64,000 bases of DNA from Haliotis rubra (lineage: Eukaryota). The position numbers and the translations under genes are program-made. The DNA lies in contig NW_025766581.1 in assembly GCF_003918875.1 (NCBI RefSeq), positions 558,001 through 622,000 of the forward strand. Direction: 5' to 3'. Positions 38,555 to 50,976 of this stretch are shown here, piece by piece. The number at the start of each line of letters is the position of its first letter. Positions within the stretch are counted from its first letter, which is position 1. Under the pieces are notes generated by a model. It did no database searches. It saw only the letters and a program-made list of their open reading frames with translations, and was not told where the DNA came from.

Positions 38555-40060
38555 TCACTGCTTCTGTACAGCGAAGGTAAACTCTTTTATATCATTTCGG
38601 TCACATACGAATAAATGACCACGTTTATCAAGACACAGTCTAGATGGTGTCTGAAGCCCATTGTCCGCCGTGAGGACGTCTCTGACAAACTCCCCCGTCC
38701 CTGTGAGCAGCATCACCTTGTTGCCGCCGTTCTCTCCTGACACAAGGATGTCCCCGGTGTTGGTCTGGACGATCCCTCCAGTATACCCAACTGACGGCGT
38801 GCTCCTGCTGGGGTCGTGTTTCCACACCACGTCACCATCGGGGGTCATGCAAAACATTGAATGTGTACTTCCGTCGGACACAACGATGTTGCCACTGTTG
38901 TTGACGAAGAGGTAAGCCGATATGTGGAAAAGGGGGCTGTCTATTGATCTCAATATATTGCCTTCCATGTCAATGATGTCGACACAGTAGCCAGTACCGT
39001 AGTGACCTCCTCCCGCTAGCAAAGATGAAGGGCTGAGAACAGCCAAGCTGTAATAACTCTTACAGGTGATTTTTGACAGGAGGGTCAGTTCAGGGGCCAC
39101 TTCTACTGTTACAAGCTGGTCAATCTTTGGTAGAGCTATAATCACCCTGTTCTCTGTGATACGTGCCATCCCATTGGGGCATTGGTCTAGTGGAAGAACA
39201 CTATAGCAAGGCCCATTGTGTCCTGTGTAGAAAGATATCAGTTGGCGGTTTCTACCATCGGTGATGACAACTACCTGCGACCCATCGATATCGAGAACAG
39301 TCACATCTGTTGCTTCCATCGGCCAGCCGTTCTCATTCAAAGATGGGTAGGTGATCGTGTTCACTAACACCGGTACATATAAGGGGTTATCGTGGTACGT
39401 GAAATCAACCTCCGCCAGGCGCAGGTTCTCAACGGCTTTGCCAACTTTCTCAGAGTCATGATTGAAAGTGATTGTGTTTATTGTACGAACAACATCCCCC
39501 TGGCTCGCCCCATCCCCAATGTCCGTCAAGTCTTCCAGAAAAGTCTGATACTTCGTCCCATTGCCATCCTGTATAGCTTTGTTGATAAAGTCAGATTGTT
39601 GTTGGAACCTGCACAGGTCTGCTTCCTCCTTCAGCAATTCATCATTCAGCTGCTGAAGCTGCTTCTCCGTCATTTCATCCAGCTCTGTCATCAGCTTTGT
39701 TTCCTTTTGCTTAATCATATCCACGGCATCCTTGACAATTTCCACAATGCGAGCTTGATTGGATTCCTTGCGTTCACGGGCCTCCGTAATGGCTCTCTGT
39801 TGAAGTTGTACGTACGCTGACCGTTCGTCCACTCTCTTGGACAACGACTCCACTTGGTCCACCAGGACATCCTTGAGGTCTGACGTCGTGGGATGAGTCG
39901 TAGCGGCGACGCTGTCGTTGGATTGTTGAGACGGCTTACTTGTTTCTGAATTGCCAACACTTGGCAATTTGGGATTCCTTCTGATTCGACCCATCTTAAC
40001 TTCAACCCCCGTCGCTGGATTACCGAGGTCACGTTTGCGACTGGACCGAGTTTGAGGCAT
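38555..40060 (-). CDS. TRIM-like coiled-coil + NHL/six-bladed beta-propeller protein lacking RING and B-box, ~501 aa (ORF extends to 40087)
   Basis: Uninterrupted 510-codon ORF. Coiled coil (IKQKETKLMTELDEMTEKQL) and NHL-like blades (GNIVVSD, GDILVSG, PSRLCLDKRGHLFVCD). The MPQTRS start is supported by the paralog. Confidence 0.87.
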   Translation of the reverse strand: MPQTRSSRKRDLGNPATGVEVKMGRIRRNPKLPSVGNSETSKPSQQSNDSVAATTHPTTSDLKDVLVDQVESLSKRVDERSAYVQLQQRAITEARERKESNQARIVEIVKDAVDMIKQKETKLMTELDEMTEKQLQQLNDELLKEEADLCRFQQQSDFINKAIQDGNGTKYQTFLEDLTDIGDGASQGDVVRTINTITFNHDSEKVGKAVENLRLAEVDFTYHDNPLYVPVLVNTITYPSLNENGWPMEATDVTVLDIDGSQVVVITDGRNRQLISFYTGHNGPCYSVLPLDQCPNGMARITENRVIIALPKIDQLVTVEVAPELTLLSKITCKSYYSLAVLSPSSLLAGGGHYGTGYCVDIIDMEGNILRSIDSPLFHISAYLFVNNSGNIVVSDGSTHSMFCMTPDGDVVWKHDPSRSTPSVGYTGGIVQTNTGDILVSGENGGNKVMLLTGTGEFVRDVLTADNGLQTPSRLCLDKRGHLFVCDRNDIKEFTFAVQKQ

Positions 40061-41341
40061 CTTTGCACTGTTGCCTACAACATACACTACCTTGAGCTCA
40101 ATGATGAAATCAGTGATAAAAACGTTGTATTCACGTTACTTCAGACCTTTGCTGTATTCCGATTAGTTACATCAACTGTTAAAGGGTTAAGGTAAAGCAT
40201 AGGGCGCTCAGCTTTCCGAGGTCGCTTAAAAGTTGTGGAAGAAAACCAACCTTACTGCATACAAAATGTTTGTTTGTTTTTAACGCCAATCAGCAATATT
40301 CCATCTTCGTGGGTAGTACACAAAATGATTATCTCGTGCCACTGTGTGCATGCATGGTAATGTTAATGCATTCAACGCCTGTACGTGTATAGACAGACGG
40401 AGATCCCATTGAGGCTGTGTTTATTTTTTCTGTACATCGTTCTCAAGCCCACTGAATATTTGTTCCGACATAAAATAATTTAAAAGCTTTCCTATGTCGC
40501 CATTCCCCAGATGTGAAAATTTAAGCCCCCATGAAATAGAAAAATACTTCTACCGTAGCCCTCGGTCAGCTTGATCTTCATTTCACCTTTTGTTAAAATT
40601 TCGTGTCCAAAACAAACTCGATCTGTTCCGTTATAATACACATTTAAAGACTGACGCCACGTGTTCTAAACTTTAGAACATAAACTTAGTTACGTAATTA
40701 ATAAAATGATACAATGACACATGGTGAGCCAAGTCAGCGAGCCTGCCTGACCACCCGCCGTCCAAAGCGATCTTAGGTCTCCCCATACCTTAACATAGAC
40801 ATAAGGTAGACATAGCGGGTTGTTTTGTACAACGGCACCATCTCATTCTAACCTGGATGACAAACATGGGTTAACGTGAAAGTGATTCTAACCCACTTCA
40901 CGGGTCAACGTGAAAGTGATGTACTTACCTACTTACACCTTGGTCAGACTGAAGGCAAGTGTGCACAGCGTGCTCGCAGTATTCAGATCCTCTACACGTG
41001 ATGTGGTCAGCAGGTCAGGTTTCATCGGTGTGACCTATTTTAATGGAAAACGCCCCCTTACTGATAAACTGATAGGACATATCTTGTATCAGGCACCGAG
41101 GACTGTGATCCATGAGTCACTGACAGACGGGTTCAAGTTACAACTATTCGCTGAATTACGCTGATATCGATGCAAATCGCGCAAACCGACGTTTAAGAGA
41201 GAATATAGAAGAATGAAAAAAAAACCAAACAAACAAACAAACCCAAACAACCCATGAAAAGCTTTGCAAATTTGCACTGCCACTCTTACGCCTGTGAACA
41301 CATTAGCACATTGATGAGTCGGACATGTGATGTCATGTTTG

Positions 41342-41840
41342 TGTTTGTTCCGTTTCCGTTGAATTCAGTGTCCTGTTAATCTTTCTAAATTTGATTTTTC
41401 AAACTTGATTAAACTTGAAAGGCTTATCAACCAAGACATCAACACCAAGGTCACAGTATCAAAATAGTTCTGTAGTCATCCATCTCAAGAAATAAACCAA
41501 CTGGGGTTTTTTTCAAATTCTAAATGTTGTTTTTCATACTTCGATCAAAATGTGGCAGGATAGTACATATCCCGGAGTGAAACCATAGGGGTCTGTTACG
41601 AACGCTTCGCGCAGTTGATCCAACGGACAAATTATAAAGCCTCGTCAGTAGGGAAGTCCAAATATAAGTACCAGATACAATACCTATTGTAATTGCTTTG
41701 TAAGATTATGACTGATAACACCCTGTTAAAGCCTACTAGGGATTTATTACAGTGAGTCTTACATTTGATACGGTCAGTTATGGATTGTCCCGTACAGGTT
41801 ACACAACACCAAATGTTTTCCCATGTTTTTCTATAGTATC
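41342..41840 (+). repeat. Unclassified interspersed repeat; diverged inverted copy at 48835-49387
   Basis: Shared blocks include ccaagacatcaacaccaag, gttacgaacgcttcg and gtgagtcttacatttgatacggtcagtt. Confidence 0.8.
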
Positions 41841-42725
41841 CTTATATTATTATTTTTTAAATTATCAGGTTATCAACAGCCATTCCATGTACTTATGGGT
41901 ACAGTCTGGCCTTTAAACTACAATAAAACACACTTCGAATTTAATATCACCAAGGCACTCGTACATTGTATTGCTGTTTTGGTTTTTATTTATTTATTGT
42001 AAAGGATTTGATCTCTTTGAAACAGCTGAAGGAAGGAGACAAAATATTTGTTAAAGATATATTCTATTGTAATTATAACCAGCTGTTCTCCTTATATTTG
42101 CAAATGCATATTTCTAAATAGGGTTCTCAAATGTGATTAGTTTTATTGAATATGCAAATAAAATGCATTGTTTCAGCTACACTAAATCCTTAAGCAGATA
42201 CTCAAAAATGATTTTAAAATATTTCTGAAACTGAGAATTCATGTAACCTTGCTATCATACCCCTTTTGGAATTTTAAAATGGATACGCTGAAGAAAATAT
42301 GAATGACCCCCTAAAAGTCAGAATAACAAATATCCAGAGACGTGAAATATAAGCCCAATGTTAGAGATTAAAGTAAACAAGCGCACGTGCGTATTTGAAT
42401 CTCTCACCGTCCATGGCATTATCCTTTTTTAAACTCTTCACACGAGGCAATACTATTCTGTTAGTTACGATCTGTGTACTTTCAAGATGGCAATATATAT
42501 TTTTCATGATTTTTTAAACAAAGACATTATGCCGTAAACGATTTAAATACTCGGGATTATTTTCATCAAAGCACTGCATCAATTACACGTTCTGATTGGT
42601 TTGTCGTATTTTCTCACCTAACAAGCATCGATAGGGGGACGAGTCATCTTGGAGGTTAGGAAAAGGGGCGAGTGGTGACGAATGCCCCACCGCTCCTGGT
42701 CCGCACAAAATGCCACCCGTATTAA

Positions 42726-42858
42726 CTGATTGACTGAGTTTAGTTTTACGCCGCTTTTAGCAATATTCCAGCAATATCACGGCGGGGGACACCAGAAATG
42801 GGCTTAACACATTGTGCCCACGAGCCAACGCTTTAACAACTAGGCTACCCACCGCCCC
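42726..42858 (-). mobile_element. SINE family A, AGTC tail, internally deleted
   Basis: TSD cccgtattaa. Confidence 0.85.
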
Positions 42859-43716
42859 CTCCCCGTATTAAAATATCGGTGGTCACATATAGTATAAATC
42901 AAAGTAACAAATTACAGCACTTACTACTGAAAAGCTTTGTCAGTTTTAATTATTTCATTTTAAAAATAACATAAAAATCCTACAAAAATATCCGCACTAA
43001 GAGCTCCCTCGATTACTGAATCTGAAATGATGGATCAGATCCTACAGAGACGCACTGGCCCTGGAAGGGAATGGGTGAGTCGTTTAAACAGTATTCAAGT
43101 TGTGTCGCGTCAAGGTAACGTGATGGGTGAGTGAGTTTAGTTTTAAGCCGCACTCAGCAATATTCAAGCTATATGGCGGCGGTCTGTAAATAATCGAGTG
43201 TGGGCCAGACGGTAACGTGATGAAGAGAACCGGTCGAGCTAGAGATTGTTGGTAGGATCCATGGGCCATGTACCGAAAGATATAAAAGGTGGTATTTGTT
43301 GCTGCCTAACCCAATAAAACGTATATTAGACCGGACACACGACCGTGCATATACATGGCCGTGTAAATGCAATTACCTTTAACATGACGTTAAACCCAGT
43401 TTCACCCCTTGTTAACGTCATTGCATGTTTCAATCATCTAATGCAGCCATATGCCAGCTGTAAGACGCCTCGAGTCTGTTCCAGACAATCCATCTACTGA
43501 CATCATGAGCATCGATCTGTGAACCATGGCAACACCTGCCAGAGTTTAACCCAGAACGAAGAACTCTAAGGTGGTCCAATACTTTAGCATAGATGTATGC
43601 CAATCGTAACGCTACGATTGGTTTGTGTAACAGGACGCTGCTCCAAAGTAAATGTGTGCGTTTTTTATGCACAAAAAATCATAATTTGGAGGTGTGACCT
43701 CCAATTGACTACTTTC

Positions 43717-46700
43717 ACCTCCACTAAACCAGGATGCCCTGACCTCCATTAAACCAGGATGCCCTGACCTCCACTAAACCAGGATGCCCTGACCTCCATT
43801 AAACCACGATGGCCCTGCCTCCGTTAAACCAGGATGCTCTGACCTCCATTAAACCAGGATGCCCTGACCTCCATTAAACCAGGATGCCCTGGCCTCCATT
43901 AATCCAGGATGGCCCTGCCTCCATTAAACCAGGATGCCCTGACCTCCATTAAACCAGGATGCCCTGATCCCCATTAAACCACGATGGCCCTGTCTCCATA
44001 AAAAACCAGGATGCCCTGACCTCCATTAAACCAGGATGCCCTGACCTCCACTACACCAGGATGCCCTGACCTCCACTAAACCACGATGGCCCTGCCTCCA
44101 TTAAACCAGGATGCCCTGACCTCCATTAAACCAGGATGGCCTTCCGTCCATTAAACCAGGATGTCCTGCCTCCATTAAACCAGGATGCCCTGACCTCCAC
44201 TACACCAGGATGCCCTGACCTCCACTTAACCACGATGGCCCTGCCTCCATTAAACCAGGATACCCCGACCTCCACTAAACCAGGATGCCCTGACCTCCAT
44301 TAAACCAGGATGGCCCTGACCTCCTATTAAACCAGGATGCCCTGACCTCCATTAAACCAGGATGGCCTGACCTCCATTAAACCAGGATGGCCTGACCTCC
44401 ATTAAACCATGATGCCCTGACCTCCCACTAAAACCAGGATGCCCTGACCTCCACTAAACCAGGATGCCCTGACCTCCATTAAACCACGATGGCCCTGACC
44501 TCTATTAAAACCAGGATGCCCTGACCTCCATTAAACCAGGATGGCCTGACCTCCATTAAACCAGGATGCCCTGACCTCCACTAAACCAGGATGCCTGACC
44601 TCCACTAAACCAGGATGCCCTGACCTCCATTAAACCAGGATGGCCCTGACCTCTATTAAACCAGGATGCCCTGACCTCCATTAAACCAGGATGGCCTGAC
44701 CTCCATTAAACCAGGATGGCCTGACCTCCATTAAACCAGGATGCCCTGACCTCCACTAAACCAGGATGCCCTGACCTCCACTAAACCAGGATGCCCTGAC
44801 CTCCATTAAACCAGGATGCCCTGACCTCCATTAAACCAGGATGGCCCTGACCTCCACTAAACCAGGCTGCCCTGACCTCCACTAAACCAGGCTGCCCTGA
44901 CCTCCACTAAACCAGGATGGCCCTGACCTCTATTAAACCAGGATGCCCTGATCTCCATTAAACCAGGATGGCCCTGCCTCCATTAAACCAGGATGCCCTG
45001 ACCTCCATTAAACCAGGATGCCCTGATCTCCATTAAACCAGGATGGCCCTGCCTCTACTAAACCAGGATGCCCTGACCTCCACTAAACCAGGATGCCCTG
45101 ACCTCCACTAAAACAGGATGCCCTGATCTCCATTAAACCAGGATGGCCTGACCTCCATTAAACCAGGATGGTCTGACCTCCATTAAAGACGTGACCTCCA
45201 TTAAATCAGGGTGACATGACCTCCATTAAACCAGGATGCCCTGACCTCCATTAAACCAGGATGGCCCTGACCTCCATTAAACCAGGATGGCCTGACCTCC
45301 ATTAAACCAGGATGGCCTGACCTCCATTTAAGACATGACCTCCATTAAATCAGGGTGACATGACCTCCATTAAATCAGGATGCCCTGACCACCATTAAAC
45401 CAGGATGGCCTGACCTCCATTAAACCAGGATGCCCTGACCTCCACTAAACCAGGATGCCCTGACCTTCATTAAACCAGGCTGCCCTGACCTCCACTAAAC
45501 CAGGATGGCCCTGACCTCTATTAAACCAGGATGCCCTGATCTCCATTAAACCAGGATGGCCCTGCCTCCATTAAACCAGGATGCCCTGACCTCCATTAAA
45601 CCAGGATGCCCTGATCTCCATTAAACCAGGATGGCCCTGCCTCCACTAAACCAGGATGCCCTGACCTCCACTAAACCAGGATGCCCTGACCTCCATTAAA
45701 CCAGGATGCCCTGACCTCCACTAAACCAGGATGCCCTGACCTCCATTAAACCAGGATGGTCTGACCTCCATTAAAGACGTGACCTCCATTAAATCAGGGT
45801 GACATGACCTCCATTAAACTAGGATGCCCTGACCTCCATTAAACCAGGATGGCCCTGACCTCCATTAAACCAGGATGGCCTGACCTCCATTAAACCAGGA
45901 TGGCCTGACCTCCATTAAAGACATGACCTCCATTAAATCAGGGTGACATGACCTCCATTAAATCAGGATGCCCTGACCTCCATTAAACCAGGATGCCCTG
46001 ACCTCCACTAAACCAGGATGCCCTGACCTCCATTAAACCACGATGGCCCTGCCTCCGTTAAACCAGGATGCTCTGACCTCCATTAAACCAGGATGCCCTG
46101 ACCTCCATTAAACCAGGATGCCCTGGCCTCCATTAATCCAGGATGGCCCTGCCTCCATTAAACCAGGATGCCCTGACCTCCATTAAACCAGGATGCCCTG
46201 ATCCCCATTAAACCACGATGGCCCTGTCTCCATAAAACCAGGATGCCCTGACCTCCATTAAACCAGGATGCCCTGACCTCCACTACACCAGGATGCCCTG
46301 ACCTCCACTAAACCACGATGGCCCTGCCTCCATTAAACCAGGATGCCCTGACCTCCATTAAACCAGGATGGCCTTCCGTCCATTAAACCAGGATGTCCTG
46401 CCTCCATTAAACCAGGATGCCCTGACCTCCACTACACCAGGATGCCCTGACCTCCACTTAACCACGATGGCCCTGCCTCCATTAAACCAGGATACCCCGA
46501 CCTCCACTAAACCAGGATGCCCTGACCTCCATTAAACCAGGATGGCCCTGACCTCTATTAAACCAGGATGCCCTGACCTCCATTAAACCAGGATGGCCTG
46601 ACCTCCATTAAACCAGGATGGCCTGACCTCCATTAAACCATGATGCCCTGACCTCCACTAAACCAGGATGCCCTGACCTCCACTAAACCAGGATGCCCTG

Positions 46701-48240
46701 ACCTCCATTAAACCACGATGGCCCTGACCTCTATTAAACCAGGATGCCCTGACCTCCATTAAACCAGGATGGCCTGACCTCCATTAAACCAGGATGCCCT
46801 GACCTCCACTAAACCAGGATGCCCTGACCTCCACTAAACCAGGATGCCCTGACCTCCATTAAACCAGGATGGCCCTGACCTCTATTAAACCAGGATGCCC
46901 TGACCTCCATTAAACCAGGATGGCCTGACCTCCATTAAACCAGGATGGCCTGACCTCCATTAAACCAGGATGCCCTGACCTCCACTAAACCAGGATGCCC
47001 TGACCTCCACTAAACCAGGATGCCCTGACCTCCATTAAACCAGGATGCCCTGACCTCCATTAAACCAGGATGGCCCTGACCTCCACTAAACCAGGCTGCC
47101 CTGACCTCCACTAAACCAGGCTGCCCTGACCTCCACTAAACCAGGATGGCCCTGACCTCTATTAAACCAGGATGCCCTGATCTCCATTAAACCAGGATGG
47201 CCCTGCCTCCATTAAACCAGGATGCCCTGACCTCCATTAAACCAGGATGCCCTGATCTCCATTAAACCAGGATGGCCCTGCCTCTACTAAACCAGGATGC
47301 CCTGACCTCCACTAAACCAGGATGCCCTGACCTCCACTAAAACAGGATGCCCTGATCTCCATTAAACCAGGATGGCCTGACCTCCATTAAACCAGGATGG
47401 TCTGACCTCCATTAAAGACGTGACCTCCATTAAATCAGGGTGACATGACCTCCATTAAACCAGGATGCCCTGACCTCCATTAAACCAGGATGGCCCTGAC
47501 CTCCATTAAAACCAGGATGGCCTGACCTCCATTAAACCAGGATGGCCTGACCTCCATTTAAGACATGACCTCCATTAAATCAGGGTGACATGACCTCCAT
47601 TAAATCAGGATGCCCTGACCACCATTAAACCAGGATGGCCTGACCTCCATTAAACCAGGATGCCCTGACCTCCACTAAACCAGGATGCCCTGACCTTCAT
47701 TAAACCAGGCTGCCCTGACCTCCACTAAACCAGGATGGCCCTGACCTCTATTAAACCAGGATGCCCTGATCTCCATTAAACCAGGATGGCCCTGCCTCCA
47801 TTAAACCAGGATGCCCTGACCTCCATTAAACCAGGATGCCCTGATCTCCATTAAACCAGGATGGCCCTGCCTCCACTAAACCAGGATGCCCTGACCTCCA
47901 CTAAACCAGGATGCCCTGACCTCCATTAAACCAGGATGCCCTGACCTCCACTAAACCAGGATGCCCTGACCTCCATTAAACCAGGATGGTCTGACCTCCA
48001 TTAAAGACGTGACCTCCATTAAATCAGGGTGACATGACCTCCATTAAACTAGGATGCCCTGACCTCCATTAAACCAGGATGGCCCTGACCTCCATTAAAC
48101 CAGGATGGCCTGACCTCCATTAAACCAGGATGGCCTGACCTCCATTTAAGACATGACCTCCATTAAATCAGGGTGACATGACCTCCATTAAATCAGGATG
48201 CCCTGACCTCCATTAAACCAGGATGACCTGGCCTCCATAA
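43717..48240. repeat. Satellite with 25-bp unit ccaggatgccctgacctccattaaa, ~4.5 kb, ~2.23-kb higher-order duplication
   Basis: The rare variant ccgttaaaccaggatgctct occurs at 43821 and 46055; the gacgtgacc/tcagggtgacatg block also recurs at ~590-bp spacing. Confidence 0.97.
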
Positions 48241-48348
48241 GACCGGCTTAGTCTGACATTCATTTTAAAAAGATGCCTCAGTCTCATTTAAACCACGTAG
48301 AGGCGTGTTGACAAAACACCCAATAGATCCAATGGAGGCGAGTTGATA

Positions 48349-48747
48349 TACTACTCACACTTTGCTAAGGATCACAAAAATTCCAAACTTTACTTAAACA
48401 TAGATTTATAATTTGAAATTGTATCCATTTATAACTGGATAAATACTAGTATAGTAACCATTCTTCAGGCAAACAACCACTTTAATCTCACCTTATACAC
48501 TTGATATATGAGTAGCCATAAAAATGGTTTTCATGGCACCAATTACCCATTTTGCAAATCATGGAACGAGTCATTTACAAGTACACAACACCTGTCAATA
48601 GCAGGTATGGGATCCACAAGATGCAGTGACATACTGAAACCTAGGATCCATGCTTACAATAAGCATAGATATCTAAACCAAATTTGACCCCACATCATAG
48701 TTTTCTGTTGAATCAATGATTTGATCCTTAGCAAAGTGTGAATAGTA
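48349..48747. mobile_element. Tc1/mariner-type MITE (~400 bp)
   Basis: TIRs tactactcacactttgctaaggatca and tgatccttagcaaagtgtgaatagta; TA TSD. Confidence 0.85.
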
Positions 48748-48755
48748 TATATGAC

Positions 48756-49497
48756 ACCTCCGCGGTGTAGTGGTTAGAGCGTCCGCCCGGTTCGATCCCC
48801 GGCTGCGTCATACCAAAAGACGCTAAATATACAAACAAACGTTACTATAGAAGTTAATGGGAAAATATTCGGCTTTGTGTGATCATAACACAAGCCACCA
48901 CTGACAATTTCAAAGGTAAGGGAGACTACTCTAGTTAACACCTGCCTGTTGAACGCGACAACCCACAACTGACCGTATCAAATGTAAGACTCACAGTAAT
49001 GTTTCCCGTGTATGCTTTAACAGGGAGTTGTCAGTCATAATCCTACACATGCAACAACAATAGGCATTCATCTGATACTTATATTGGTAATTCCCAATCC
49101 ATACTGACAGTCCTTCATATTTGTACGATGGATCAACTGCTCGAAGCGTTCGTAACATACTCCTATGGTTTACCCTTATGGATTCGTACTATCCCGCCAC
49201 ATTTTGATCGAATTATCAAAAACAACATTTAGAAATTATTAAAAGGTTCGTTTCTTGAAATGGGTGGGTATAGTCTATTTTCATACTGCCATCTTGGTGT
49301 TGATGTCTTGGTTTATTTGCCATTCAAGTTTCAAAAGTTGAATCAAAATTAACATGATACTGAATTTAATGGAAAAGGAACAAAAATACCCAGCTTAAGT
49401 CTGGGCTAGTACAAGCAGCCACACATACACACGCATTCACGTCGTCATATGAGTGAAAAGTTCTTAAGCACGACGTTCAATCCCATTTCACCTCACG
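48756..49497 (+). mobile_element. SINE family C split by an inserted ~550-bp repeat (head 48756-48830, tail 49389-49497)
   Basis: Both parts match the intact copy at 61373-61731. Confidence 0.78.
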
Positions 49498-50242
49498 CTA
49501 TATAGGACACCATAATTCAAAACACGATGTATGACCAGGATGCCAGCATGCCCCGATGCCCTTGCCTCCATTACACCATTATTATTGTTTGACATTCATT
49601 GAAAGACGATGCTCTTTTTGTAATCTCAGCTAAACCACGTAGATGAGTGACGACACAAAACAATAAATCCAATGGAAGGGTGTTGACAACCGACCCCATG
49701 GACGAATGGTGAATCGAAAGAAAACATGTTCAGTTTAGGCGTATCGACATGAAACCACACATTGAGGAGAGTCGCATCGACAAAACAACGGTTTTAATAG
49801 AAGCCATTCGACATATTTTTGTTAAAACAACTTACATCCACATCGGTTATGAAATTAAAATATATAAAATAGGGACATGGCAACATGAAGTCGGATGCTG
49901 ATACTTAAAAGGAGTTTATTTAAAATTCAGGAGTCAATTATTTGAGATTCAAGTTTTTGGATATGTTCAGAAATCCTTGAAACAAAGGAGACAATGTCAC
50001 ATTGAAGTGAGGGTACTATACGTGTGCCCTATGAATTCCGTATTCACTGAGGGAAGATAAGACATACATCCTATATGTACCTGGTGAAATGATGTTATGT
50101 CCATCTGGTTTATATGTACCATGTTAATGACACCAAAGAGCCCTAAAACCTTCAAAAGCGACATGCACACACTACCGTGTCGCAGAAAAAACCCGAACAT
50201 ATTAAGCTTTGTGTTCATACCCCACACTGTTGCGTTCTCAGA

Positions 50243-50497
50243 GTTAGTGGACATTCCTCCGTGTTTGTTTGTCGTTTAACGCCGCACTCAGCAATATTCC
50301 AGCTATATGACGGAGGTCTGTAAATAGTCGAGTCTGGACCAGACAATCCAGTGATCAACAGCATGATCATCAATCTACGCAATTGGGAAACATGTATCAA
50401 CCAAGTCAGCTGGCCTGACCACCCGATCCTGTTGGTGGCCTCTTACGACATGCATGGGTTACTGAAGACGAATCTTCAGGCATCTTCGTGGGTCCAT
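50243..50497 (-). mobile_element. Family B retroposon, near full length
   Basis: Reverse complement of the family B consensus, including the head. Confidence 0.85.
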
Positions 50498-50976
50498 TCC
50501 CCCATGACACTGAAGGCCGGTCAATTTTACTAAATTATCGATGATCAATAACTGATTACGACATGAACAAATGTGGCATTTTAGTCATGGTGGAGTGGAG
50601 AAAAACGTATTCTGTTAAAATATTTCCTAATTAACTTGATCAAGCTAAAAAGGATGAAAGAGAGAATTAATGGAATATTAAGTATCTTTTAGTACACGAA
50701 TACTCCACAGAAACATCATTGTACATACATGTGAAGACATATGATTTATGTAACATGTATTCTCATAAACGTCGAAAGACAACGGTCATACTCTATGCTC
50801 ATGTCGCTATAAACGTGTAAGAGGGCTTTACTACACATGTCAGTGTTGTTCACATTAATATGAAGATAGTTGTGTCCTCTTTGCTAGCAAAGTCACATGA
50901 GAACATTAGGAAATATAAGGTGCACTTGATCAAAGCACTATTACCTTTCACTTTTACCACTTCGAGGAAATCATTT

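Noticed and set aside
43717-48240. CRISPR-like array
   Set aside because: Contiguous tandem units with no unique spacers, no cas genes and a eukaryotic context; the same applies to the arrays at 24800, 54105 and 63620.
41342-49387. A single 8-kb transposon with 500-bp TIRs carrying the satellite
   Set aside because: The right copy sits between the head and tail of one SINE, which implies an independent insertion; the copies are diverged and no TSD is visible.
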